Below are positions 36,220 through 48,739 of a DNA stretch of 59,238 nt, piece by piece. This stretch comes from Folioceros fuciformis (taxonomy: Eukaryota): contig JBNGIO010006356.1 in NCBI GenBank assembly GCA_049999805.1, positions 202,416 through 261,653 on the forward strand, read 5' to 3'. The notes beneath the pieces were generated by a model. That model saw nothing but the letters and a program-made list of their open reading frames with translations, had not been told where the DNA came from and did no database searches. Made by a program: the position numbers and the translations under genes. Positions within the stretch are counted from its first letter, which is position 1; the number at the start of each line of letters is the position of its first letter.

Positions 36220-37898
36220 ATGGGAGACAAGAGTAAGTCATTTGAAGTTAACAATGGGCAGTCATGCTGCTTCAACTCTATCCACGATTATCAAGTAAAG
36301 GATCGCACCAAGCAAATTGTAGTGTCCGATCTTGATGGAACCTTGCTTCGTTCTCCAAATGGATTTCCATATTATATGTTGATGGCCTTTGAGGCTGGTG
36401 GGTACATACGAGCATGGCTTCTTCTCTTAATGGTCCCATTGATTTCATTTCTCTATCGCAACATATCCGAGGTTATTGGGCTTAATTTGATCATTTTCAT
36501 TTCCTTCGCTGGGCTTAGGGAACAGGAGGTCCAATCAGTGGCAAAGGCAGTGCTCCCTAAATTTTATGCAGAGGATGTTCATGACAAGACTTGGAAAATA
36601 TTTAGTGCTTTTCAAAAACGCATCATAAATACTGCAGCTCCACGGGTTATGGTGGAGCATTTTGCTAAGACTTACTTGGGTGTGGATCATGTGAGTGGTA
36701 CAGAAATTCAAGTCATAGAAATCTTCGGAATAAGATATTATACAGGACTTGTGGCTAGCCCCGGAGTGATGGTGAGTATGAATAAAGTGATTGCACTCCA
36801 TAATTTGATAGGAGATAGTGTGCCGGATGTGGGGCTTGGTGATCGGAGTTCAGATTTTCCTTTTATGCTTATGTGTAAGGTGAGTACTATACACTATTTC
36901 ATTCAACTAGTGGTGAAGATTTGACAAGAGTTATGTTTAGGGCTTAAACCTTACACCCTAATACCTGTGGATGATTGTAGGAACAATATTTGGTGCCTTC
37001 AGAAAACAACAGCCAAGCTGCACCCTCAAATAGTCTTTGCAACATAGTGTATTTTCATGATGGACGCCTAGTGCATAAGCCAAAAGTAAAGGTTGCCTTC
37101 TTCACACTTCTTTGGCTACCTATCGGAGTTGTGCTTTGCATTCTTAGGTTGTTCATCTATTTGAGTGTGCCAAAAAGTTGGGTTCCTACTTGCTACAAAT
37201 ATACTGGTATTCAGCTATCCATCAAAGGCCATATTCCTCCATTTGTTGAAGGTGGAAAGGGATATCTCTTTGTGTGCAATCACCGCACATTATTGGATCC
37301 TATCATACTAAGCATAGCTCTACAACGACCTGTCACAGCAGTAACCTATAGCATTAGTCGTGTCTCTGAGTTATTATCACCCATCAAAACAAAACAATTA
37401 ACAAGAAACAAGGAAAAAGATAGTGCTATTCTACAGAAACTATTGGCTGAAGGGGATGTCGTAGTATGTCCTGAGGGAACAACATGTCGAGAGCCTTTCC
37501 TTTTACGTTTCAGTGCTTTATTCACAGAATTGTCTGACCAAATTGTGCCGGTAGCTTTGAATACAACAATGGATATGTTACATGCCACCACTGCAAGGGG
37601 ATGGAAGGGATTGGATAGCTTTTTCTTCTATATGAACCTTAATCCTAAGTATGAAATTACTTTCTTGGAAAAGTTGCTTTCTACCCAATTGCCAGGAGCA
37701 AAGTATCTTGATGCTCAAGGTAATGAACAAGAGCTTACAACTTTCGATGTGGCCAACAACATTCAAAAAATGTTGGCTGCCGAACTAGGATTTCAATGCA
37801 CAAATTTGACAAGGAAGGACAAGTACAAGATTCTTACAGGTATTGACGGGGTTGTGCCAAAACGAAAGATCTGCAAACAGAAGAAGAAGAGTATTTAG
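36220..37898 (+). CDS. GPAT: Land-plant sn-2 glycerol-3-phosphate acyltransferase with HAD phosphatase domain (GPAT4/6/8-like); 2 coding exons
   Basis: Exons 36220-36879 and 36981-37898. HAD motifs SDLDGTLL and GLGDRSSD; acyltransferase motifs NHRTLLDP and CPEGTTCREP; FHDGRLV; LTRKDKY. Confidence 0.95.
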
Positions 37899-38731
37899 AG
37901 AAGCATGGACAAGGGTTTAGGACAAGTAGGACGTGTACAAGCTTGATAGGTTGTGTTATTATAGATATGTTTATCCTAATCTTGATTACCATGTGAGTAA
38001 AACGATAAATGTATACCTGGCATCTCGCATTTGATTAGTAAATGTAACAGCAGAATGTACAGCATGTCGAGCGTCAGGCCCACTCGCCTCGTCACTCCAC
38101 CGATCCAAGTCAGGTCCAGGTTCGGAAAGTCTGGGCCGATTCGAAGATAAGCACCGAGGGCTGAGCGGGAGTGAAGATATTTGGCTGCCGTGGTCCAATT
38201 TTGGGAGCCTTCGTTGTTGCCATGAGTGCTTCTACGGCACACCAATTGTCTCTGTTGCACGTCCTTCCTCTTCATCTCTGGCGCCTCTTTCATCGGCGGT
38301 GATACACCGTTCATCCTGGTAGCCAGGATCTCTCGATCTGCTTTCACTCCGTAAGTCTGGGGTGGCGTGGAGGTTTTTGAGTGTCCTTTGCAGCTGGGGG
38401 GGAAGCAACTTGTGCGTTCACCTCCTCTCTTCAATTTGTCGACATAATTTTCGTCTCCTCTATCGGCAATTGTCAAGCTGCTGCTTGTTTGGGATTGGCT
38501 GACTCTCTGCAATTTGGTTCCGTTTGCTCACAATTCACCGTCACCCACTTTGGGGCAGCCCGTACGTCTTACCTCACTGAAAGGTTGTCCTCCCCAGTGC
38601 TGTGTCTTGTCGGCGACGTGCCTCATCTGTCCCTTGGCAGTAGCATCTGTGTAGCTGTCAGATTGCTCCAGAGCAGGAGGGGAGTGGAGTGGAGTAGAGT
38701 GGAGTGGAGGTATTGTTGCTTCACAGTGGAG

Positions 38732-39782
38732 ATGGTGTCGAGGATGGCTCCTGGCCCAATCTTGCCGCCGCTTATGCCGCCCCCCGCGCAGCTCATCACC
38801 TCCCCGCAGTCGCAGTGCCAAGCCCATTCGATCACAGGGTGCAGGAGTCCGAGAGCGTTGGCTGCCACTGGCTTTTCCGCCAGGGGTTCGGTGCTGTCTC
38901 CTACCTTGGCGCAAATGGAAGGAAAGTCGGAGAGCTCGTCCCCTCCGTCTGCAGACTCTATTCCCAAGTTGGAGCCCTTCAACAGGAGCCGCATCACTCG
39001 CCTCATGAAGGAACCCTCTCTACTGCGGAAAGCGGAGCAGGCAATGACAGGTTGTACCCTACGCCTTTGTCCTCTTGTTTGTTTTCAATTCTGTTCGTTC
39101 TCTGGCTACTTGGACGCGTCAATCCGGCAACTAAAGGTATTACTCGTCTGACCGTCTTCTCGTCCAGATCGGTGCATGATCTTGGACGGTGATGAAGCAT
39201 ACAAATGTTGGGAGGCTGTTTTCGAGTTTGAAGATATGAAGGTGTTGTGTCCAGTGAATTGTCACTTGCAATTCATGCTGCGTGATGTGTTTCAAGTAAC
39301 AGGTTTTGGAATGCCTTTCTCGGGTGATGGTTTCTAGAACTTGGAATTTCGATGTGCAGAAAGAATATGAGGAGGGGTGTGAGGTTGCTACAGAGGAAGA
39401 TCGGTCCTCGGCTTGTGCACCGCTGGAACGGTTTGAAAATCTGGTCAGGCAGTCGGGCGGGGCCTCGTCCCTGATTGACAACGTGAGATCCGTTGCTTTC
39501 GCTAACAAGAAGTTAGCAGAGAACGAGGAGGCGAGCAAGCACTTGGCCAGTGGCGAGCAGTCCTCAGGGGACGGCAAGAGTGGAACAGAATGCACAGCCA
39601 CACCCGGGCATGTGGACACGGTAAGCGCTGAGGAAATTGTGCAGCCTGTTCATGATCATGAGCCCGATGGCTTGCCAAAATCAAAGGAGGAGCTCCTATA
39701 TGAGGAGGACGCCTTGATGCCAGAGTCATCTCTTACCAGGATGCTTCGACGCAGAGGACCACGAGACAGCCCGTGGTTTTGA
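38732..39782 (+). CDS. CBP1: CCG-binding protein 1 / MEE14-like; 3 exons
   Basis: Exons 38732-39050, 39168-39241, 39360-39782. Motifs PKLEPFNRSRI, LDGDEAYKCW, ENLVRQSGG..SLI, PDGLPKS.EEL, MPESSLTRMLR. Confidence 0.85.
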
Positions 39783-40713
39783 CAATTCGAAGTACCTGTA
39801 CAGGGAGCAACTTTCGTTATGGCTTTTGTGTGCCTAGGGTAGGAAGCAGACTGGGGTTTAGTTCTCGAAACGTCGGAGGGAATGGGGTGGCAAATCCACG
39901 GATAAATTGACAAGTTTAGTGTATAGGTTGTAAATATTTTATACTGGTATGTTGCGTGATTTATGGAGATGTAAAATCGAAAATCAACTAGTTGAAAACG
40001 GTTGGGACGAAGAACAGCTAAGAACATCCAACTCGGATGCAGTAAATGCATATGTTCCGAGGTGTAGTTCAAAGCTAGAAACTACTTAACGGACCAAAGA
40101 GTTAGTGAAAAGTCAGAAATTAACTACCAAAGAGTTTCACTAACTAGATATCCGGCAGATATTGACAACCAGGATTTTTTTAGACCCCATACAAACCCCA
40201 CTTGAAGATGCCTTGTGTATGCATGACTACAACTTGCTACTTAAGTAAACTTGGTTTGTACACTTCTAAGCTTATTAAGTAGGCAGATATGTGCTTGGCC
40301 AGCCTAGCTAGTTTATGATCTCATCTATTTTCTTGGTATAAGTAAATTAGAGTAAAAAACAAAGCTAATATCAGTTTCAAAGTGTTCTATGAGTATCTAT
40401 ATGGTATATTTTAAAATTATCTACAAGTGTATACCAATCAACCCGTTACCTAAATAGACGGTTAAAAATAATAGTGAATTTTTGGAGCTGATGACAACCA
40501 TAACTGACATGAGTAAAATAGAAATGCGAGATTGCTACACCCGAGGGTTGAAGGTTACAGCTTGCAAAGAAGTGAAATTATAAGACCACTAGACATTGTA
40601 GGATGCAATGAGACTAGTACCACAAATAGATGTTCTTTACTATAGTCCGATGCAAGATGCAAGTTAACGGATGGGACTGAGGCGCTAAGTGAAGGACAAA
40701 CTTCTAGCCCTTG

Positions 40714-41004
40714 TTTAGAAGCGATGCTTATGGGGCTTTTAGAAGCGATGCTTATGGGGCTTTTAGAAGCGATGCTTATAGGGCTTTGGTGGATTCGAGA
40801 TTTTGGAGGTCGATCTTTCAACTGCAATGAATGGGGAATAGAGCAGGTGTATGCCCCATGCTAGGAATAATGCTCCATCTTTCAATTGCAATGAATGGGG
40901 AATAGAGTAGGTGTATGCCCCATGCTAGGAATAACGCTTCATCTTTCAACTGCAATGAATGGGGAATAGAGTAGGTGTATGCCCCATGCTAAGAATAAAG
41001 CTCC
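40714..41004. repeat. 24-bp x3 and 64-bp x3 tandem repeats upstream of the retroelement pol
   Basis: agaagcgatgcttat.gggctttt at 40717/40741/40765; atctttcaa.tgcaatgaatggggaatagag...ccccatgcta at 40813/40877/40941. Confidence 0.9.
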
Positions 41005-41199
41005 AAAGGCAAAGTCACAAGTTGCAACACCACCATGGCAAGGAGCATAGTCGAATGAGGGAGTAGCTATGGCAAGGGTGGAAACCTCAATTTTTCATCT
41101 TTGAAAGATGAGAAAATTGTAAGCATGCCCACTGAGGGGGAAGATGCCATAGCGCATTCAAATACAAGCTCCCATCTTAGATGAAGGGTTTGGAATCTC

Positions 41200-42680
41200 T
41201 TACGTGTTCAAGGGAGTGTGGATGGTCATGTTTGTGCCATCCTCATGGATTGTGGAGCAAGTTGTAATTTCACGTTAACACAATGTGCCCAAAGACAAAG
41301 ACATAGGAAAACTGCCAGGGTTTATCACTCTTGCAATTGGGCTCACTTGGGCATCATGCCATACAATGTATCAATCATCACTCACATAGTTGGAGAAAGC
41401 CCAATGCCAAACTAAAGCTCTTTTGCAAAAAGGATTCATTTGTCCTTCAAAGTCCTTGTATGGGGCCTCTTTTCTCTTCACGGCAAAAAAGACAAGGGGA
41501 TTATGTATGTGCATGGACTATAGAGGACACAACAACATTACCAAGTGGAATTGCTACCCTCTACCATGGATTGATGAGATGTTTGAGCAATTGCAAGGGG
41601 TAAAGTACTTCACGAAATTGGATTTGGAAGTTAGGTATCACCCAATCCTTATTGTTGATGAGGACATCCAGACTACAACTTTTAATGTAAGGGATGGACA
41701 CTATGAGCGGTTAGTCATGAGTTTTGGTTTCATTAATGCTCCTAGCACTTTCTAGCAACTGATGAATGACACTTTTCATGACTTAATTAGGGAAGGTGTG
41801 TCGGTCTATTTAGATGATAAACTCATGTAGAGCATGATAAACTTTAGTAGAACATATCATTTTACTACAAAAAATCTTGCTTAGACTTCCTTCCGAAACA
41901 AAAGCTATTCATACAATAAGCTAAGCAGTTTTTTACTTACTAGCATAGAGTACCTTGGACACATAGGTTTAGCAAATGAGATACGAGTGGACTCTAGAAA
42001 GGTATATGTAGTACAAAAATGGCCAGCGCCTAAATTGGTCTAGGATGTTCAATCCTTCCTCGGCTTGGTATCTTATTATAAGAAATTTATGGAGCAGTTT
42101 TTGCATTTGGCATGCTCCCTCATGGAGTTAACTCAAAAGGGCACAATGTGCACATAGTAGGTACAATAGTGGAAGACATTTGAAGACCTCAAGGCAGCTT
42201 TAACCTTTGCCCTTGTATTCGTCTATCTTGACCTATCATTTCCCTTTATAGTCACTACTAATGCTTCTAAGGTTGCCATTCGGGCACAAGATAGACCTAT
42301 CATTTCCCTTTATAGTCACTACTAATGCTTCTAAGGTTGCCATTGGGGCAGAGTTGCAACAAGATAGAAGTCTAGGCGTCATCCTATACCATGCTTGAGT
42401 TGAAAGTTGAAGGGGGTTGAACTCAATTCGACCACCCATGAAAAGAAAATCTTGGCACAAGTTTTAGCTTTCAAGGAATGGAGGTGGTGTCTATAGGGCA
42501 CACCATTTATTTTGGAGACAGATCACAAGCCATCAAAGTATATTCAAACTCAAGTGCATTTGCGTAGGAAGCTTGTTGGCTGGAATGCTTCAACCAATAC
42601 AACTTTTCACTTCAGCATATTTCATGTGAACATAATCATGATGTGGCTGATGCCCTATTTTGTCTACCCTATTTTGTCTA
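41200..42680 (+). mobile_element. Decayed Ty3/Gypsy LTR retrotransposon pol (protease, RT, RNase H)
   Basis: MDCGASCNF (protease); MCMDYR, YPLPWID, FTKLDL, NAPSTF, VYLDD (RT); TNASKVAIGA, ETDHK, VADAL (RNase H). Many stops and frameshifts; internal ~64-bp duplication at 42231/42295. No integrase or LTR recognised. Confidence 0.9.
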
Positions 42681-42894
42681 AGAGGTATTGATAATAAAGC
42701 TCGATGGATATAGTGCAAGACTTACATAAGGATGGAGACGGTAAGCCATCTCATCATGATGGTGGTCCTTTATAAGGTAACCCTATTTGTTGATACACCT
42801 CCAACTTTTGGTAAGTAGCCAAAATATCTCTCAAAGCCCAAACTACCAGGGCTGTCCGCTGAGAAACTTCCTCATGCATGCTTGACTTGCAATG

Positions 42895-42972
42895 CGCTCT
42901 TGGTACCATGTGTTAGGTGACGCTCTTGGTACCTTGTGTTAGGTGACACTCTTGGTACCTTGTATTAGGTGA
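42895..42972. repeat. 26-bp tandem repeat x3
   Basis: c(g/a)ctcttggtacc(a/t)tgt(g/a)ttaggtga at 42895, 42921 and 42947. Confidence 0.9.
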
Positions 42973-45144
42973 GCGTTTAGACAGTACTTATGACTGGAGT
43001 GCTACATAAAGTTGATATGCAACCCCTCGTTAACTGGAGGGGCTGCTCTAACAACCAGTCAGTTATCCATAACCAATAACTGATAGGTTGCTTGAGCGAA
43101 CATGCAGTATGGATGAACTCATTGGCTTCTGATTCTATGTTAGATCTTAACATCCCTCAATCCATTGAAAGAAGCAGCAGGATTGAGAAACAAGGAGCTG
43201 TGCACACTCACTCGAATGGGTCTTGTTTTGCAATTGAATCCAAAGACTTAGAGCCTCTGCACATTCAAAATGATCCACATTCGATGGATCCAAGCACTCC
43301 TGATTTGCAAAGTGGAAGGTATGCAACTGCAGGAAGGACAGTTCGAAAGCTTATCTCGTACGTGTTGAGAGCCTATGCCCCGAAGCCGCCGTTGTTCCAC
43401 CACCCAAAATTTCATCCAGCCGATTAACCGTTGGATTCCGATTTGCTAACTCCGATATGCTTGAAAGAAGTAAAAACTGCGATATTCTGTTGTCCATCAG
43501 TCACGACACACCTCGAATGGATCAGAGCCGAGTCAGACTAATCTGTCCCGACGAGATTGAATCTTGATTATGCATCCTACAGGAAAGAGAGGATTCCATT
43601 GTCTGAAAGGCTGGAAGAGTTGCTGCACGGGTTTCCCTTCCAGTGTGGTATGTACCATTGCAGATGCAACGAGGATCACAAAAGTGAGTTCCAAGCGGAC
43701 GCATTTCAGTTGTCATTTCAGTTGGATGATGCAGCGGCTCCAGGGAAAAACCCAAGCCGTTAGGCCACCAAGGCCTTTAAGACCAGAACATCAATGACCT
43801 GAAGAGGAGTATCGCTCAAGGGTGTAGAATGCAGATACTTGAAACCATATGTCACGCGTGTACGTTGAACGACCTTGTTATGGAACCTCCAAACCGTCAG
43901 GAAATGCCAGCTCCATGATCTTAAACTGTAATGTGGTTGGATGGATCCTTGTGGCTCTAAGGATATCAATAACTAGAATAAAAAGCTTTTCTGTCGATTA
44001 GCAGCCTTGCTGAACAGTTAAATGTTACCCATCGAAAATCCAGCATAGATGATTTCACTGTGTCCTGCTTGAGTTAAAGAACGTCGCAGCCAGCGCCCCG
44101 AACCATCATCCCGTCACTTTGAACAGTTTACTAGTGCAGGACTGCCTGCTGACTTCCTCCTACATGATCTCTTGCCACCTCAATCTGCAAAATAACGTGG
44201 TCGATGTTGAAGCCTGTCCGACAGTACGCAATCACATCCTCTCGACTCAGAATCTCAGAGTGATGTGCTCCAGGTTGGATGGTAATCTGCGTGTGGCGAG
44301 CGCGAAGACAAGTCTTGTCCGCAGTGATGCTTGTGCACGTCAGATGCTGAGAGGAAGCTGACCTCGCTTGTCCTTTAACCCTAAGCATAACAGTGCCCAG
44401 AAGGTGGATGTTTGAAATCTTGGATATTCTGAACATCAAAGAAAAGGAGCCCTAAACCCTAAGCTCAGCTCACTCAGCCCTTTCAGAAAACGGAATTGCG
44501 TCTCACGAATCTGGAAGATGTTCTGAACACCCACGATCGATCATTCTGCATGTTGGGAGTGCCATGTTCACCCCGTAAGCATCAAGCAGTAATCCTGGAG
44601 ACTGGCCGCATACCGGAAAATTGTGGGGTTTCGGCCACAAAACATCCTCGTGTTGTACCTGCCTTACAGTTTGCACAGATGGCGGAATTGTAGCCCCGTG
44701 CATATGTCTAGCTGGAAGCTTCTGCCCCATGTAAGCAAGTTCGTGGCCACTCATTTGCTGCGTGGGAACACCCGCCTCTGTAGCGTGTATTTCTCGCACC
44801 TGCAGACAAGATGATTCGCCGATGTCTTTCGCCTCGATTCTGCTTGGGGCTGATCAAATTCCTTCCTCTCAATGAAGCATAGAATCCATGTCTGGTCTTT
44901 GGGGCTCGGACCAAAGCACAGAGATTCCAGGAAACGTAGATCGCTGGAATCCGGCTTAAATGTCACGAGTACCGAGAGCTGACTGCCGTGGAGGAGGAGT
45001 TCACATTGGATCTGCAATGTTGAGATCGAGGGAAACAACAGCCTTTATTGGCGGCCAATAACACAACGATATAGGACATATCTTGTTGACAGACAGTTAG
45101 AAGCAAGTTCAAGAAACTAAGCCAAAACTTTCCTTGCCCTATAT

Positions 45145-45198
45145 AAACCAAACCTAACCAAACCAAACCAGACCAGACCAGACGAAACCAGACCAGAC
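45145..45198. repeat. Pentanucleotide microsatellite (AAACC/AGACC)n
   Basis: aaaccaaacctaaccaaaccaaaccagaccagaccagacg... Confidence 0.8.
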
Positions 45199-45287
45199 AA
45201 AATGGTAGTGCATCCATAAATACATACATCTGCCTAGCTAAATAACAGCCGCTTCTGCCGCCAACGTTGCTGGACTCACAGAACCCA

Positions 45288-47547
45288 TCAGGTCCGCGCA
45301 GTAATGCATGCTTTCACAGACGACCTGGGGATTGGATTGCCTGGCACTCCCGCAGGCACATTCTCATTCCCCGGAGGAGGGTTCCAGCGGAATTTCTGCA
45401 CCATGCGGGCAATCACCAACTTGATAGTCACAGCCGACAGTCTCCTCGCAGGACACGAGAGCTTGCCGACGCCGAAGGGAATCATGCTGCGGCCGAGCTC
45501 TCTGTTGTAGTCTACTGAAAATCTCTCTGGAATGAAGTGATCTGGGTCATTCCACACCAAAGGGTCTTTGCCTGCGCACAAAATCCCGCGGTGAGCTCAA
45601 GAACGTGTTCTGGACAAACAACGCACATGATTCCGGACTCCTGAACCTGGGCGTCATTCGAAAATAAACAAATTCATATTAAATGTTGCAAAGTTCTCTC
45701 TGGTATTGCAGGCACTCACCGATGGCGTTGAGATGGACGTGCATCGTGGCGTTCATAGGGATGTTGAACCCTGCAAGCTGGCATGATCTGGTCGGGGACG
45801 GGGCAGTCATGAGCGGTACTGGAGGGTTGAGCCGCAGTGTCTCTCGCACAAACGCATCCAGGTAGTGGAGATGCCGCAGGTCGGTCTCTTCGACTGCTCT
45901 CCAGTGACCAACGACCCTGCTGATCTCCATGAACAGCTTGTCTTGCTTTTCTTGGTTGCTGATAAGATATGACATTGCGCATTCCACAGCCCGCGTCATG
46001 GTCTGGTAACCTGCGTGCAGAAACTCCAGACACACTGCCACCGTCTCTTCCATCGTCAACTCCATCCCCCGACCCGCGTAGAGGAAGGGGACGAGATAGG
46101 AGGAGTCGGCGGCCTCGAGCCCATACGTACCCAACCCGTGCGAGGTGATCTGGGAGACGAAGGCCACAAGCTGGGGATTAATCGGGGCCGATGGCGTGAG
46201 CCAGAAGTCGTCGCGTAAGGAAATGTCGAGCGCCCTGCTGGGAAAGAACCCACTCTCTTCATCATGGATCTCGTCGAACTCGTCCAAGCCATTGCCAGTG
46301 TCACTGCTTTCGCCAAAGCTTCTCCTGCCGCGGGCTGCCGTCGGGGTTGGGGTCTGGATGGGCCTCTGCTGGATGGGGGTGCGAGCGGTGATACAGTATC
46401 GGGCGCGGCATCGCTCGATGAGCGGCAGAACGGCAGAGGTGAAGGAGCTCAGCATGAAGTTGTAGCTCCGCTGCTTGACGCTGTGGTGGACGCGGTGGAG
46501 AAGGCGGACCCCTTGAATCCATTCCAAGGCGGAGAGCAAGGGGTTCGCCTGGACCGCGGTGCCGGTCGACGCCATGCCCTCCAGAACTGCCCGCACTTGC
46601 ATCGATGGTAGCGATGACCCCCTGTACATCGGCGTCGGGTACTCTCCAAAACAGAGCAGTAGCATAAGGTCGCATATCATAGGCCCGAGCACGTCCATGA
46701 CGGTCACCACAGCTTCAGATCTGGCGCTCTCTGCAAAAATGGCAAGGCTGTGAGAGATAGCCAATTCCCTCCGAGGATTGTGGGCGGTACTCGTGGAGGC
46801 CAGGTTGTCCAGTGTCATAAGCAGCTGCACACATGAACACGGCACAGCGATGGATGCATCGATATGAGCCCAAGGTTGTTCCAAAACAGAGATGGACCAT
46901 TGCCATTAGCAGGCAAGCAGGCAGTCAAGCTGGCAGGCAAGCGGGCAATCCAGCAGGCAAGCAGGCAGTGCAGCAAGGAGCTGTAGATCCCCAGCGCGGC
47001 TGCCGGCTGATGAGCGCACACAGACCATGCATTTAAATGAAAGAAGTTGCAGTTTGCGTGGGTCCATTACCTTGGCGGCGCCGCGCCGTATGGCCTGCAA
47101 GCGAGGACCCTGGTTGGGCACGCAGTGGGCATGGCTTCCCACCAGGCGCCTCCAAGAGGGCATATGAAACTGGGAGTAGAACGTTCTGCCGTACGCGTCC
47201 TCCCGCAGAGCCTCCTCCGCGATGCTTGCCTTTGCGACAAGGATGGATGGAAAGCGGCCAAGGCGGAGGCTGAAGATCCGGCCTACCCGAGTCACCAGGT
47301 CGGCAAGGTAGTTGACGGGCCAGTTGGGGTCCCGCACATGCAAATCGAGGTCCGCCAGCACCAGGGGTGGCGCCTGGGGAAGCATCCTGGGCCTGGTGCC
47401 ATGGGCGGCACGAGTACCAGTGCTTCCCTCTCCACGATTCATACCCGCATCCGGGTCCCGCGTCAGCGCCATCGTCACCACCAGCAGGGGAACCAGCAGC
47501 AGCAGGAGTCCCACCATGAACCACGCCCACACAATCTCGACACCCAT
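45288..47547 (-). CDS. Divergent cytochrome P450, CYP71 clan (CYP77/CYP89-like)
   Basis: N-terminal TM anchor MGVEIVWAWFMVGLLLLLVP; IFSLRLG; LLLCFG; I-helix EFLHAGYQT; ETLR; PERF; heme motif PFGVGKLSCPA. Last intron 45719-45572. Exon structure between ~47070 and ~46730 is uncertain. Confidence 0.8.
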
Positions 47548-48739
47548 GGTAGAACCTGGGCCGACTCTGACTGTAGGCAGCAGGCACGCCCGCCTGAGCG
47601 CCGGAGAAGCTCGCTCCCTCTCTCGCTCGCTGGGGGAGTGGAAGCAGAGACGGGACAACACAAGACGAACCCCACAGCTGGGGAGGCGATCGCAGAGGGC
47701 CAGCAACTGGAAGCCTGCAGGGGGCAGGCCAGGAAGAGAGCGCTTCTGGCTAGAGCGGGCTGGAGGAATGTGGGAGGGGGTGGCTATCGTGGGGGTTTAA
47801 GAAGGGTGGAAGGTGAAGAGGGAGGTGGCAAGCACGGCCATGGCTAGCCCTGGGCCTGCCAGACGAACGTGCTCATCGGCTCAAGCCGGAGGTCGGCCCT
47901 CCTGAATTCAGCTGGAGTGTCCTTTGATGCTGGCCCACTTTGCGCGAGCGAGCTGCCTCCACCACCGGCCCCGGGATCCCTCTCCTGCCGTTACCTACCC
48001 TGCTCCCGACCAGAGCCTCGACAGGTCTCCGTCATGGTTTCGTTTGTGAGTCTCCTCCCCCACTTTTCACACCACCTGCGATTCGATGTCTGTCACGCCT
48101 CTGCCTCCCGGGCCCCTTCGGCATAAGTACAGTACGTGTACATAAATATCTCCCGCTCATAAAAAGACAATACACGTACGTACCCCTTCCCTTGTTGTTC
48201 TGTACCTGAGTGCCGCGCCGAGGCATATAGACTTGAGGGAGGGAGGGAGGGAGCGACGGAGGGGAGGCCCGGAAGGGTAGGTATCACAGAACCCATCCAA
48301 ACATTACACTCAACGGTTTCTCGAAGCTTCTGGAATATGATCACCTGTTTGTTCAATCCTTGCCTTAGGCTTCCCAAGCTTAGCCTTTCCTCGGGCCTAG
48401 CGTTCTGGCCTGGCCTCTTCTGCCAGAAAAATTCATCCAAGCATCATTCAGTCCCTTGCCAATCCCTATCCCTTCATGCTTCTTACGTTAAGTTCAAGAT
48501 ATCATTTAAAATATTTTTTAGTATAAATTTAATTCAATTATAAACAAATATGTATGGAACTACTGAAGACAGGTTATGGTTACTACTTTTCAAGAGCACT
48601 TTTATGACACTAGTATGACACAATCTTCTTAGGTTCTACACAAGTGAAAGCTACATAACTCAAAAATGACTGCACCCATTACTATGACAAAGGTACTCAT
48701 GCCCTTATGTACTCCTTGGCTTGGGTTTCATAACAAAAC

